From the human T2T-CHM13v2.0 reference genome, Homo sapiens, in assembly GCF_009914755.1 (NCBI RefSeq), contig NC_060934.1: a stretch of DNA of 64,000 bases; one strand, given 5' to 3'. This document shows positions 15,385 through 31,232 of this stretch, in pieces; positions within the stretch are counted from its first letter, which is position 1; every line of letters begins with the position of its first letter. The notes under the pieces are model-generated. The model was not told the origin of the DNA. It searched no databases and saw only the letters and a list, made by a program, of their open reading frames with translations. A program made the position numbers and the translations under genes.

Positions 15385-15572
15385 CACTTACTGGCTAGGG
15401 GACCTTGGGCAAATCAGTTAATCTCTCTGAGTCTCAGGTTCCTCATCTGGAAAATAGGAATAATAATTATACATCTCTCATAGTGTTGTTATTAAGAGTA
15501 AATGAGTTAACATATAAAAGAGTATTTGGGCTTATTAACTGTTTAAAACATGTTAGCTATGGTTATTATTAC
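15385..15572. mobile_element. MIR
   Basis: GACCTTGGGCAAATCAGTTAATCTCTCTGAGTCTCAGGTTCCTCATCTGGAAAATAGGAATAATAAT core. Confidence 0.75.
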
Positions 15573-15759
15573 TCATACAGCAAAGTACCTCAAATTCTGT
15601 GTTTATGACAAAGGAAGTGTCCTGCATGGCAGACAGGAAAAATTTCCAGGGTACTTCTATCCTCCACCAAATAAAGGGAGGAGAAAAGGGGCTAAAGATC
15701 TACTGCAAACAATTTGTTGCAGTAAAGAAAGGTGGCAAAGAAGTAAAAGCACTTCTGAG

Positions 15760-15884
15760 AGCTGTACTTGTCAATCCTGGCTACACATTAAAATCACCTG
15801 CGGGGCTTTTAAATCATATAGATGCCTCGCCCCTCCTGCTTCAAGATTGTGATTTAACTATTCTGGGGTAGAGCCTGGGCATCC

Positions 15885-15930
<46 letters not shown>

Positions 15931-16040
15931 ATACATACATACATACATACATACATACATGCATATACACACACTCACATACACACACACATATATATAT
16001 TTAGAAGTGAGAGCCCCAGGTAATTCCAATGTACAGCCAA
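15760..16040. mobile_element. MER5-like hAT element carrying a compound STR
   Basis: CACATTAAAATCACCTG...GGGGTAGAGCCTGGGCATC...CCCCAGGTAATTCCAATGTACAGCCAA motifs. Confidence 0.6.
15885..15960. repeat. Compound tetranucleotide STR (AGAT)11 AAAT (ACAT)7
   Basis: Counted directly. Confidence 0.97.
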
Positions 16041-16297
16041 AGTGGGCTGTAACATAACAATATAGAATGGAAGAAAAAGGAAGATGGTGGAGAAAACAAG
16101 GAGAATATCAGGCAGAGCACGTGTTTCAAGAATCATGCTGGTTTTCTATTTTCTAACTCCTCAGTGCCAAGAAAAGGAGTTTTCTTTCCAAGCTGCAAAT
16201 CATGACATAGCCAGCCCAACAGGCAGCTGAGTAGACTTAGTTGTTTCAGAAATGTGACAACTAAAGTTCGTAACTACAAGCCAGTAACACCTCTAGC

Positions 16298-16400
16298 TAG
16301 GGTTAATAAGAATCATGCTTTGTCTGGGATTTTGTCAGTTTTAGCGCTGAAAGTTCAGCATCCTAGGAAACCTCCCAGTCCCAGGGAGGCTAATCACTCT
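16298..16400. mobile_element. MER81-like hAT element
   Basis: GTTTTAGCGCTGAAAGT...CATCCTAGGAAACCTCCCAGTCCCAGG core. Confidence 0.55.
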
Positions 16401-16445
16401 ACCTCTAGCACTCTTTCCAGACCAGTATTTCCAACCAATACTTAC

Positions 16446-16658
16446 CAGACCTGTGTTGTCCAAAATGGTAGCCATTAGCCACAAGTAGCTATTTAAATTT
16501 TAATTGATTGAAACTAAAGAAAATGTAAAATTCAGTTCTTCAGTTGCATAAGTTAAATTTCAAGTGCTCGATAGCCACATGTGACTAGTTAGTGCCATAA
16601 TGAACAATGGACACAGAACATTTCCAACAGAACAGACAGTTCCACTGGCAGTTCTGGG
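16446..16658. mobile_element. MER3-like hAT-Charlie element
   Basis: GTCCAAAATGGTAGCCATTAGCCACAAGTAGCTATT and TTTCAAGTGCTCGATAGCCACATGTG motifs. Confidence 0.7.
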
Positions 16659-16669
16659 CCGCTCTGTCA

Positions 16670-17780
16670 AGAGGCTCTGCAAGCATCTCAAACTCAACTT
16701 TTAGAAAGTGAGCTCATCAATTTCCCTTCCCTACTCCCTGTATGAAACGTCTCCTTTCACTGCTGTCATCATCTACCTACCTAGTCCTCAAGCTACTACC
16801 TGCAGGATCACCCTTGAGTTCCCACTTTTTTCTCCCTCCAAAGGATCATCAAACTGCTCAAACCTCTAAAAAGTATCTCTGCAAACTGCCCTTCCTCTGA
16901 AGCTGTTATCTCTGCCCTTAGACCCTCAATAATGACAAAACCCTCCTATCTAGTTCTAACTTCCTTCTATCCCAAGGGCATTCTTTACACAGCAGTTAGT
17001 TAACAAAGCAAGCTGGTTATTTCATGTTTAGAAACTTCAAAAGACCTTATCTTTACTGCCTGGAATCCCACTCTACTGCCCACCATTCAGCCTCAAAGGC
17101 CACACCCAAAGTCCCAGTGCTTCCCTAAACCCTCTAAGACCTTTCATACTTAGGTACCTTTGCAAATGTTTTTCCCTCTGCCTGCAAAGGCTTTCCCTAC
17201 CCCATCTTCCCTATCTCCTCTTTTTCAAAGCAATTCAACTGTTACTTCTTCTAAGAAGCCTTCCCCATATACTTCATGCAAAATCAGCAGGTTTATCTTA
17301 ATATACCATCAGAGTACACTGTTCATACAGCTCTATTGGAGCATCTACTTATAACATTATAAATTATCTGTGCACAGGTCTGTTTTCCTGTCATTCTTCC
17401 TACCCGATTCACTGCTATATGTCTTATACTCATATGAATACCAGAGTCCATGCCTATGTTGAATAAATGAATGAATGGTTCGTGTAAATCTGTGAGGCAA
17501 AACAATCCAAATATTAACGTCCCCATTTTACAAACAAAGACACAAATGCATAGAGAAGTCAAATCCCACAATACAGAATGGTAGTGGAAGCACCAATCTA
17601 CTGACTCCCAGAGTCATTCATCCAAAAAGACATTACTGAGCATTACTGTGTGCAATGCACTAAAGCAATGGATCAGAAATAATCCTCTTGGTTAAAGACA
17701 TCTTTATCTATCCAGATTCCCATATCTAGGATCCTGTCTGACATATAGATTATTTGATAAACGTGTTAAATTAAGGAAGA
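16670..17780. mobile_element. L2 and MIR fragments
   Basis: AAGCATCTCAAACTCAAC; TGTTGAATAAATGAATGAATG L2 tail; CCCCATTTTACAAACAAAGACAC MIR core. Confidence 0.6.
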
Positions 17781-18836
17781 AGGAAGAATGGATCTAGGTC
17801 TTCACGTGAGCAAATCATGAAAGAGAACATACTCTCCTCCCCATGGTAAGAGTCTCTTATACATCATATATTGTATCAAGATACTTAATAAAAATGAAGG
17901 TTTAAATAGCCATCAAATGTAACCAGAAAACAAGACCTCATGAGAGCTTCTAATGTAGACTTTCATCCATTCAGTCTGCATCTTTGATACTCAGGGAGTT
18001 TTGAGATACCTCTTACTAATGGGAAATGAGGACATGAGTCACAAAAGATAGTGTTCAATTACAACATTATTCCCTTCTGTACACATCCCAATGGGTCGTC
18101 CTCTTATAGCCAGAGTAGAAAGAGAAGTCATTTGTAACTTACTTGTTAATTAAAGCATTTGAAAAGCCATGGAAAACACTGATAGAAAATCTGATCAAAA
18201 AACAAAGGTGACAGATTTCATATCCTGAAAAGAAATTACGGCAAACCAGAAATTTATTCATTACATGGTAAAACACACAGTTCAGTTAATAAATTAATGA
18301 TACTTAAGAAGTACTCTCAACAAACTACATTAATGACTTCAAATTAACCAAGAAGAAAGGAAGAAAACTGAGTATCTTTAAAATACACACATAAGTCTGA
18401 TTTCTGGTCTGTCATGTAAGGAGCTTGTAAATCCTCATTCCGTCCTCACAACAAAAAGTAAAAACAAATTGAAAATCAACAACTCTTCCTAAGATCTATC
18501 AAATAATTGAAGTCACAGGGCAAACCACCATCCCCAAAACTGAAGAGACACATAAGGCAGATAGAAAGGATTATAATTTATTAGAGAAGCAGCCTGGAAG
18601 CGAAACCTCCTTGGGAACCGGTACCTGGTAACTGGTACTGGGAACCCTAAACTGTAATTAAAGAATAGCTGGAGGCTCAGTTTGGACAAGTTTGAGAGTT
18701 AAAATGTCCAGGGGGACATAGCCTTAGAGGGGCCCCTAAACTTTTGTGAGTTTCACCTCCAGGATCACTACTAGATGCTCAAAGTGAAAATTTTCCCTAC
18801 TACTCTGGCAGGTGGCATAGAAAAGTAGCCACTGTT

Positions 18837-18950
18837 GACAGAGTGCAGTGGCTCAACCTGTAATCTAGCACTTTGGGAGGCCAAGGCAGGAGAATCATTT
18901 GAGCTCAGGAGTTTGAGGCCGGCCTGGGCAACATAGCAAAACCCAGTATC
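18837..18950 (+). mobile_element. FLAM / Alu left monomer
   Basis: GTGCAGTGGCTCAACCTGTAATC...AACATAGCAAAACCC. Confidence 0.8.
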
Positions 18951-18951
18951 C

Positions 18952-19260
18952 TTTTTTTTTTTTTTTTTTTTTTTTGAGACAGAGTGTCGCTCTGTCACCC
19001 AGGCTGGAGTGTAGCAGTGCAGTGCGATCTCGGCTCACTGCAACTTCTGCCTTCCGGGTTCAAGCGATTCTCCTGCCTCAGCCTCCTGAGTAACTGGGAT
19101 TACAGGCGCCCGCCACCACACCCAGCTAATTTTGGCATTTTTAGTAGAGACAGGGTTTCACCATGTTGGTCAGGCTGGACTTGAATTCCTGACCTCGTGA
19201 TCCACCCGCCTCGGCCTCCTAAAGTGCTGGGATTACAGGTGTGAACCACCGTGCCCGGCC
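18952..19260 (-). mobile_element. AluS
   Basis: Long T run followed by a full reverse dimer. Confidence 0.95.
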
Positions 19261-19868
19261 TATTTTTTTAAAAGGAAAATAAGGTAGCCTCTATGAAATA
19301 TGCCCAGAGCATTTTGTTCCTCTAAACAATGTCTGTCCTCAAGAGAAACTATCTTACCAGAGCCTAACAGACTTGGTGGAAGGCAAATACCCAACGCCAG
19401 CCCCCACTAGCCTTCTTGTCTCATCTAAGAGGTAAATAAAACAAAACTGAGAAGAACTCGTAAAGGTCACATCCTAGGGACACAGGGTCACTAAGAGCTA
19501 ATGATAAAACTATGATCTAATCACAGAACTACAGAACACTTCCCTTCCTTCCATACGTTACCACCACCCTAATGTTTATACAACTTGATTCCTAATTGCC
19601 AAAACTTGGGAACAAACAAGACGTTCTTCAATAGGTGAATGGATAAATAAACTGTGGTACATCCAGATAACGGAACAGTATCCGGTGTTAAGAATTAGTT
19701 GGTGCTAAGAAGTAGCAAGTGAACTATGAAGTCACAAAAAAAGACAAGGAAAAAAACTGTATATAGCTAAGTGAAAAGTCAATCTAAAAAGGCTACATAC
19801 ATATGATTCCAATTATATGACATTCTAGAAAAGGCGAAACTATGGAGACAATAAAAAGATCAGTGGGA

Positions 19869-20195
<327 letters not shown>

Positions 20196-20541
20196 TTAAA
20201 GAGGAAGGGCTGAACAGGTAGAGCACACATTTTTAGACCAGTGGTACTATTCTGTACTATAATGGTGAATACATGTGCTATATATTTGTCCAAACCCATA
20301 GAACGTACAAGACAAAAAGTGAGCCCTAATGTAAATTATGGATTTTAGTTAATAATAATATATCAATTCTGGCTCAACAATTCTAACAAATGTACCACAT
20401 TAATTAAAGCAAGATGTTAATAATAGTAGAAATGAGAGTAGGAAAAGGTGAAGAGGTATGTGAATATTCTCTGTATTTTTGGCTCCATTTTCTGTAAATC
20501 TAAACTTCTAAAAAAAAGTCTTATTTATTTAAAAAGCTAAT

Positions 20542-20562
20542 ACACACACACACACACACACA
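20542..20562. repeat. (AC)10 microsatellite
   Basis: Seen directly. Confidence 0.9.
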
Positions 20563-20769
20563 ATCAATCATACACAAATTTGTGCCATAGAGGATCTGAA
20601 ATGGAATCAAGCCTAAAGGATCTTGATATAGTAGTATTCTTCATGGTACCACAGAAAAATTTCAGAATTCATGGATGGGCTTATTTTACTTATTTTATAT
20701 TTTTATTTTATTATTTTATATTTTTTCTTTTACTTATTTTTTATATTTTATCTTATTTTACTTATATAT

Positions 20770-21072
20770 TATTTATTTATTTATTTATTTTATTATTTTT
20801 GAGACAGGGTCTCACTCTGTCACCCAGGCTGGAGTGGAGTGACATGATTATAGCTCAATGTAACCCCAAACTCCTAGGCTCAAGCAATCCTTCTGCCTCA
20901 GTCTCTCCAGTTACAGATGCATACCCTGCCCAGCTGATCTTTTATTTTTATTTTTTGTAGGGAGGGGTTCTTGTTAGGTTGCCAAGGCTGGTTGTACTCG
21001 TGGCCTCAAACAATCCACCTACCTCAGCCTCCCAAAGCACTGGGATTATAGGCATGAACCATCATGCCTGGC
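20770..21072 (-). mobile_element. AluJ with expanded AT-rich tail
   Basis: Reverse dimer; T/A low-complexity tract at 20680-20800. Confidence 0.88.
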
Positions 21073-21609
21073 CCAGAACTCATGCTTTAGTGTTTAAAAT
21101 GCTAAGCAGGCATGGTGTGCAATCAATCAATCAATAAAAGCGTGTTCCTTCTACATCTTGAGGCAAAGCTTAGCTGTGCAACAGTCTTACAGAATAAAAT
21201 TTAAAGCACAACAAAGTTTAAAATACATATATTTTTTGGATCCCACAATTCCATTTTCAAGAATGTGTCCTGTACCCCAAAAATCCATATAATTATGTCA
21301 GTTAAAAAAAAACAGTATTTTTAAAATGAACTTTTCCTACAGCTGAACTTAAAGATACATGTGTATAAGAATGTAAGCAGAATTATTATATTTAGTAAAC
21401 TTTTATGAGTTTCAGATTTACAGTAAAACTGCAAAGATACTGCAATATCTTACATTAGTATGGTGCATTTGCTAAAATTAATGGACCAATATTGATACAC
21501 TGCTATGAACTAAAGTCCATATTTTATTCCGACTTCCTTAGTTTTTACATAATGACCTTTTCTAGGATCCCATCTGGGATACCACATTACATTTAGCTAT
21601 TATATATCC

Positions 21610-22160
21610 TGCAAAAACAAAAACAAAAAAACAAACAAAAAACAGAATATTTCTCCTTAAAATATGAAGAGCTGGGGAGAACTAAAGATAATTAGGATGC
21701 AGGGGAGCTCTCTACCTTTCCTGTTTGCCTAAAAGCAGGACAGAGAATTACAAAAACAAAAGGTCTTTCTATCCTCCCCCTCGTTCCTGCCTAAAAACAG
21801 GATATAAATTCTCCTTTACAATCCATATCAGCTCAGCAATGGCACCAGAGGAATCTGCAAGCAGACTTTGGCCCATTAGCTTCCCCATACATTTACCTTC
21901 CCACATTTTCCCACCCTTGGAAGCCTGGGACTGCTTTCCTTTGTCCTATCACTTCTCTAAAATGAAGTGTTCTTTGTTGAAGATGGTAATATAAACCAGA
22001 GTTTTAAACCACTATTTGGAGTTACTTTTCGGCCTCGCGATGTGCATTGCATGTGTTAATAAACCTGCTGTCTCTTGTTCATTTTGTCTTTTGTTACAGG
22101 AGTCTGTCCCAATTACCAACTTATGAGGCTTGAGGAAAACATAATTTCTTCTCCCTTTCA
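21610..22160 (+). mobile_element. 5' LTR (MER34-like)
   Basis: TATAAA at 21990-21995, AATAAA at 22058-22063, ends CA and is followed by the PBS. Confidence 0.85.
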
Positions 22161-23140
22161 TTTTGGCATAGTTGGCAGGAAATTCTGGGCCACTTTACTC
22201 GTTCTGGGACTTGCAGACACAATCCTGGGAGAACAGAACAGGCAGAAGCTGGTAGGAAAAGATAATTCTTACAAAGGCAGCTCTCCCAAATCTCTACCTG
22301 TAGAGCCTGGTCAAGAGGGGAAGGTAAAAATTTTTCCTTGTTCCTTCCTTTCCAAATTCAGATTGGCAGGAAAAAAAATTTGAAATTTAAAAAAGAGAAA
22401 ATTAGTTCTTTGAATTTGTGACTCCTGTAGATTTGGTTTGGGTACATATTGATGACTGATCTTTAGCCACCCAGAAAAGGCCTTTGTTTTTCTTGTCTTT
22501 TTTCTTTTTCTTTTTTCTTTCTTTTTTTTTTTTTTTTTTTGGTGTGGTTTGTCATAAAAAGGAAAATCGTAAGAAGATTCTCCTTCCACCTTGTTGTATG
22601 TTTTGAGAGCTTGGCTTTTGCAACAAGCAAGGTTTTTCTCCTTGCTTGTTCTCCCAGGGGGCACGAATTGTCAGATTTGTATCAGGCAGCAGCTATCCAG
22701 CTGGCTAGGAGTCTAAAACATGTTTGTCCAGCCATTCCAGCTCTCAAGGAACATTCTCTTAATTGTCTTAACATTCACTGCCTTGTTAACAATGAGGGTC
22801 TTTACTTTCTTAGGCTGTCGTTGGAAGAAACTGGATCTTGAGGGGAACTGCATCTTTTTCATTCTACCCTCTTTGGAATGTAATTCTTGCATCTATGGTT
22901 TTAAGTCATAAAGAGGCTTATTGTTAGCAAACCCCCAAACACACCCCATGGGCAGCTTTTGTTTTTCTGTTTGTCTTAGTGACTACTGTCTCTTTTTGTC
23001 TTTCCATCTCTTGGTGGCACACAGGTTATTGGGCCTTTCTTCCTTCTGTCTTTTGGGAGTGGTGTGGCTCTTGGAAGGGCGGCATCTTCTACTCCCTCTT
23101 TGAAGACGTTGGTTAAAGCCTTAAAGGGCTTCTTGGTTTT

Positions 23141-24016
<876 letters not shown>

Positions 24017-24095
24017 AATTTGCCTGTTTCTTTCTCTCCTAAGCTAAAATGGAACTATACATTCGAGGGGAAAAATGATTTATTAAAATACTGCA

Positions 24096-24437
<342 letters not shown>

Positions 24438-25183
24438 CTAAAGCTGAAAGGGAAACCTTTTTATTTCTATCTTAGTTGGAAATCTCCTCCCTGATAACAC
24501 AAGTTAAAGATAATGCAATTAGATAAACAAGTCAGTCCATTGATATGCAGACTGCAACCCAAACTCTCTGAGGAATTAAAAACAACTCTCCTTGTCTTGC
24601 AAATTGTTTACAAAAATAGGACGTGCCTCTAAAAGCAATTCAAAGCCCACTTATTCTAACTAACCCCAAATCTCACCTATTCATCTCAGGATGCCAGCAA
24701 ATGCTGTTCAACATCAGGACATTGAAATCAGTACTGTCCTGCACTTAAGAAGGAAAAGCTGAAATACTAATTACCCTAGGCCTCTAGTAGGCAAATAAGC
24801 CCCCCAAACTCTGTTTTTTTGTGAAAATTTACATTACTTCTCTATGCCTTTGAGATACACATTCCCTAACTAGTATTACCTGAGAAACTATCCCTTTTAA
24901 AATGCAAACTTCTGGGAGATGATTCTTAGAGGGGACAAAAAAGAGAGGAAAGAGAAGCCAGGAATATATACTGTCTGTCCTGGAGGAAACCTGATAATGA
25001 GATGTTTTAAAGAATTTTATTTTTGAAGATCTCTATGGTCAGAAGTTGGCTTAATTGAAAGCTGTTATTCAGATTACAATGCATTTTTGAGGCCTCTTTG
25101 TTCTCTCTATTGGATCCAACTGTCATTTATAAATTAGTGAGTTTTATATTATTATACCTACCTCATGGCTGAACATTTTTTAA

Positions 25184-25552
<369 letters not shown>

Positions 25553-28500
25553 TGTATACATGTTTTCATATATGTTGTAGGTTGTTCTTACGTGGTATAA
25601 AATGCTTTGAAGAAATTTCACATTGGCTTAAAGATAGCAATGAGCACTCGTAAATTAAATTTACTTAAAACTCCAAAGATATAGAAACTAACCCAAATAC
25701 TTTTCAGGTTCACATGACTTGGGCAAATAAGACTAGTTTAATAGTGTTAGTTTAGTAAAAACAACTATGTCTTCTGAGTTACAAGAAAAAAAAATACCAT
25801 ATATAATTAACTTTAGAGTTCTTGCTTGGGTAGTAACTGCCTAACATACACGTGCTGTAAAATGGATATGAGAAAAATAACCTGAGATGATGCCTAGCTT
25901 TGTCTGTCTCATAAAATTTTCCAAGCATAATTATTAAAATGAGTGAATTAAACAGATACAGCAGGATAAGAGTTTATACAGGTACTTTTAAAATAATATA
26001 TTTTATAATATGTTTGCTTACAAAGGTTTCGCAATCTCTTTGGTTACCATATCCTTAGAGTTTTGTGAAATTAAATTAAATGATGAATATTCACTGAGTA
26101 TATAGATCATTTTCAAGTAAGATAAAATGTTTAAACATTAATTGCTAAAGATAAATTTAAGTTTATCTACTTTTGGCTTCTCACTGCAAAGAAACTAAAG
26201 ATATCTGAGTCTGTTAGCAAGCTTTAAAAATTGTACTTTGAGGAAACATATTTCTAAGATATTATGAAGTGGTATTAGTCTATGGAATGCTGGTTCAAAA
26301 TTGCTAAGGATTAAAACTCTAATTAATATATGTAATTAAGGCTACTAGAAATAAGAGGAACAATTCTGTATGCAAAGTTTACAAGTAAAATAAGATATAT
26401 TTTTGGTGAGAAAGTTATAAGCAAGATATGAGGATCTGTTTTTATTGAGGAAAGGAGTGATTTTGTCTAAGTAGATGTTATTTAAAGGTTGAAAAATGAA
26501 TGAAGAAATGATATAGAGAAAACTAAATGGATACAGAAAGTTGAGAAAAGAGAGCAAGAGAAAGTCTTGTATGGTTAAACTAACAAAAGTTGAATTAATT
26601 TATTACGAGATTTAAAATGGAGCCTTGATATCTAAAGTATACTGATATAAAACTAAAATTTGGTCTTTTTTAAAAGATTTTCCTATAGTATTGACAAGAG
26701 AAAATAAAAGATTTTTGTTCACCTTTTTAGTCAACTGTAGAGACAGAGAGAGAAGGGGAAAGAGGGAAGGGGAAGGGGAGATTCTGTGTTTCATCAAGAT
26801 GATTCCCTGTGCTTCACATTGTCTTTATTGGGTCTTTGATTACTTTAGAAAATTGAGTTAAAGAGTTAAGGTTTTTCTACAACTATATGCCTTCCTATTT
26901 GCTTTTGAAGCCTTTATCAGTCTGATTAAATATTATTTCACAATCAGAATGACTATTATTTCACAGTGACCTGTGATCCTATTTTGATTGTTTTGAATCT
27001 TTTTTACAAACCTCCCAAAATCAAATTGTAAATGATGTCTTTTTTACCTTAAACTAACTTTAGGATTTCCAGAGGGCTCCCTGGAAGTCTGAAAGTGACA
27101 TATTAAACCCATTAGGTTTATTCTGCATGCTAAATTATATAAGAAACATTGTCAAATAACATGTAATGCTAACCTTTGAGTTATTATTTGTATGAATGTT
27201 ATTAATGTGTTTCAAAACTATGATATTCCTAGAAATCTAACATGCTACCTGTCATAATTCTGATTATGTTAAATTGTTATATCTCACAAACAACCAAATT
27301 TCCTTGTCAACTGCATTATTATCATAATGAACTCCCATCAGATCTTTAACCATGGCCATTTTAAGTCTTGTTGTTCACATTTATCATAACTGCTTTATTC
27401 TGATGCTCTTTCTAAAAGCTTTTTGCAAGCAATTATAATCCTAAAGTTTTGGGTCTTCAAGGAGGTATATGGGAAGAACAAAAAGAACTCTGACCTGTAC
27501 AGGTCTCTGATAACTTTAAGGAAATACCAGTGGACTAGGTATGAACTCCAGAAATCTAAAGGAGAAACTGAACTCCTAAAATTGCTAACATCGAGCAAAA
27601 TTAAGAATTAATTACATGGGACTAACATGATGAGGGACTGTGATTTTTAGGACTTTATTAGAAACACTACTGATTCTTTTATTTTCCAGATTTAGGAAAA
27701 CATTTTCTTCTTTTGCGCTATCTATGGCTTAAGACAATTTGGTAAAGTATACTTTTGCAAATAGAATTGAAACATTTACTTTTCTTCCTTACTTGATCCC
27801 TCCAAAATTTGGAAACTATTCATGAGTATTCTTATTTTTAGGATAATATAGGCATTTGCATAAGTTCAGGAAGAATCCGTTCTTCTTTTAATAGGATACA
27901 ATTGAAAATACTGGTTATATTGCCAAAGTTTGATGAGAATGTCGTATTTTCTGATATGACCAGTTTTTGGGAACTGAGGTCCCTAGAGGAACCTCAGTTT
28001 AATGGGGCCAATAAAGGCACCTTGGAAATACTGGCCTCGTACCTTGAATACATGGTTCAAATGGTTGCCTTATAGGGTAAAGAATGTCACCTTCCTGACA
28101 GGCCCAGGAACATCAGGAATCTAGGGAAGAGAGCTATCTATCTAAGACTACTATAGGCACAATCTGATGTTGAGTCCTAAGCTTGGCTTCTTAGCCTAAG
28201 GAGGCATTTTTGTAAGCCTAATCCGAGATTCCTTATGAAGAGTTCCAGCAAAGCAGATTTTAAAAGGGCTTACATAGTCAATCACTATTTTTGCTGCATT
28301 TATGTAAATAATTAGGCCAAGTATAATAGACAAAAACTTATTTTACAAATAAACTGGTCTTACTGATTCTTTTTGGTAGAAATTAGTGTGAGAGAGGAAA
28401 AATATTTTCAGAAAAATAATAGTTCAGAAACTATAGTTCACCCATTACTAGATTCTAGCCCTGTTCATTGTTTTTGAGATTTTATTAACTACCTGCAATC

Positions 28501-29187
28501 TGGAATGGATCCTAAATTCTTTTAGTTTTTTCTGATACCTGGCTGTGAGTCTCCAAACTAACATTTCCAATTTTTCTCCCACCCTTTGACCTGGAATCAC
28601 TGAAATTAAAATTGGGCTTTTTCTGAAGCTATGCAAGCTAAAGCTGGACAACTTGATACAAACATAAGAGAAATCACCACAACAGCTTTTGTATCGACAA
28701 CCTTTATGATATTTAAACTACAAACAAGGAAAATCTGTCAGATTGCAATTGCCTGCCCCACTCCAGCTGAAGACACTTTGAGCCTAAGATTTATAAATCC
28801 TCTCAACTGGCTGCTCTCCAGACTCAGAAACTAATTTATAGACTGCTCTAAACATTAACCTTGCTTTTCCTTTTTTTTCATAGAAATGTCTCTTATTAAG
28901 TATTTGTATGCTTATACATATAGAAACCTAACATTAAAGAGATCACCCATAACACCACCTCTTGAAATAAAACATGACTGTTTACCTAAACTAACCTAGT
29001 CTCAGGACTAAGAGACTGACTCAATAAGATATGAGACAATATACTTAAATCTGTTCTTTTCTGCTGGTTCCAATCTGGTTTTCTTCCCCTTTGCCAATCA
29101 CTTATCTACAACCATACCTCTCCAAAGCTACCAGCCTAGCACATAATATGTGAGACTTTCTGAAAGTAAAGTTTCAAAGGGGAGAAC

Positions 29188-29679
29188 TGAAGGAAACCAG
29201 CCTATCTCCCCAAAATATGAAAGACCTTCGAGCTAAAGATAATTAGGATGAAGGAAACTATCTGCCTTCCCTCTGTCTGCCTAAAAGCAGGACACAGAAT
29301 TACAAAGACAAGAGGTCTATCTTCTCCCCATTTCCCACCTAAAAACAAGATACCCATTCTCCTTTACAACCCATATCACCTCAGAGATGGTGGCAGAGAA
29401 ATCTGCGAGTAGACTTTACCCCAGGAGTTTCCCCATAAACTCACCTTCCCACATTCTCCTGCCTTTGGAAGCCTGGAACTGCTTTCCTTTGTCCTAACAC
29501 TTTTCTAAATGTATAGTTCTTTGTTGAAGACAGTATGTTGAGCCACTGCTTATTTTTCTCCCTTGCGATGTGCACTGCATGCATTAATAAACTTGCTTGT
29601 TCATGTCTTTTGTTACAGGTATCTGTCCCAATTATGAACTTACAAGGTTTGAGGGACAGATTATTTTTTCTACCCTTCA
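29188..29679 (+). mobile_element. 3' LTR (MER34-like)
   Basis: Starts TGAAGGAAACC after the PPT; AATAAA at 29586-29591; ends CA followed by the TSD. Confidence 0.85.
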
Positions 29680-30043
29680 ATCCTTAAGGCATCTCTTGAC
29701 TATGACAGTTTCTCAGACTTTACTCATTTTTATGACCTTGACAGTTGGGAGAAGTGCTGATCAGGTATTCTGCAGAACGTCTCTCAATAGGGATTTGCTG
29801 ATATTTTCCTCATGAGTCGACTGGCTTTATGGGTTTTTAGGGGAAGACCACAGAGGTAAAGCGCCAATTCATCACATCACACTATCATGCTATCATCATT
29901 GTTGATGTTGGCCTTGATCATCTAGCTGACATAGTGTTTGTCAGGTTTCTCCACTGTAAAGTTACTGGTTCCCCCTTTTCCATATTGTAGTCTTTGGCAG
30001 GAATTCACTATGTGCTGCCCACACTTAAGAATCAGGGAGTTAG

Positions 30044-30344
<301 letters not shown>

Positions 30345-30552
30345 TTAAGATACACCGCTTTGAGGGGGAACATCTACATAAATTATTTGGAATTGCTCTG
30401 CATGGGAGATTTGTCTTTAATCATTTATTTATATCAGTATCAACTCATGAATATTACTTCATATTTTGAATTATAATCCAATATTCTGTTGTTCAGAGTT
30501 CCGTCTTTGGACATTGGATGTTCTTTCCATCGGCTCTTGTGTCTCTGACAGA

Positions 30553-30896
30553 CAGTAGTTTCCCTCTTATCTACCGTTTCACTCTTCAGGGTTTCAGTTA
30601 CCCATGGTCAACATGGTATGAAAATAGATGACTACAGTACCACAAGATATTTTGAGAGAGAGAGAGAGAGACCACATTCACATAACTCTTATTACAGTAT
30701 ATTGTTATAATTGTTCTATTTTATTATGAGTTTTTATTATCTCTTATTGTGCCTAACTTATAAATTAAACTTTATCACAGATACGTATGCACAGGAAAAA
30801 ACTTGGAATATATAGGGTTTGTTATTATCCATGATTTCAGGCACCTACTGCAGGTGTTGAAACATAGCTTCCTCCATGGGTAAGCAGGGACTACAG
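30553..30896. mobile_element. MER44A-like non-autonomous Tigger element
   Basis: Degenerate TIRs CAGTAGTTTCCCTCTTATC / GGTAAGCAGGGACTACAG, internal (GA)n followed by CCACATTCACATAAC. Confidence 0.75.
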
Positions 30897-31232
30897 TATC
30901 TCCATCAATGTCAGCTTATCAGTTGGTGCATTTCCTTAGTTTCCACACTACAAGATGCCCTAGGCTCATCTTGTATATTTCCTGCCCCTTTCCTAAAATT
31001 AGCCATTTCTCCTAGGAACCCTGTTCGTTTTATTCGAGAATGGCATTAGAAGCCAAGTTCTGGGCTCTAGATGTGCTCATTGATACTGGTGCATCTAGGC
31101 TCTCTCAGCTGACAGAGCAAGAAAATATATGTATATACCAACATATATATATATGTGTAACCATCCATACCTGTATTAAGCTAAACATGAGTTCACACTG
31201 ATGTCTCCAACATGAATCCAGTGCCAAAAGCA

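Noticed and set aside
22164-22181. tRNA-complementary sequence
   Set aside because: Only an 18-nt retroviral primer-binding site, not a tRNA gene; no cloverleaf or A/B boxes.
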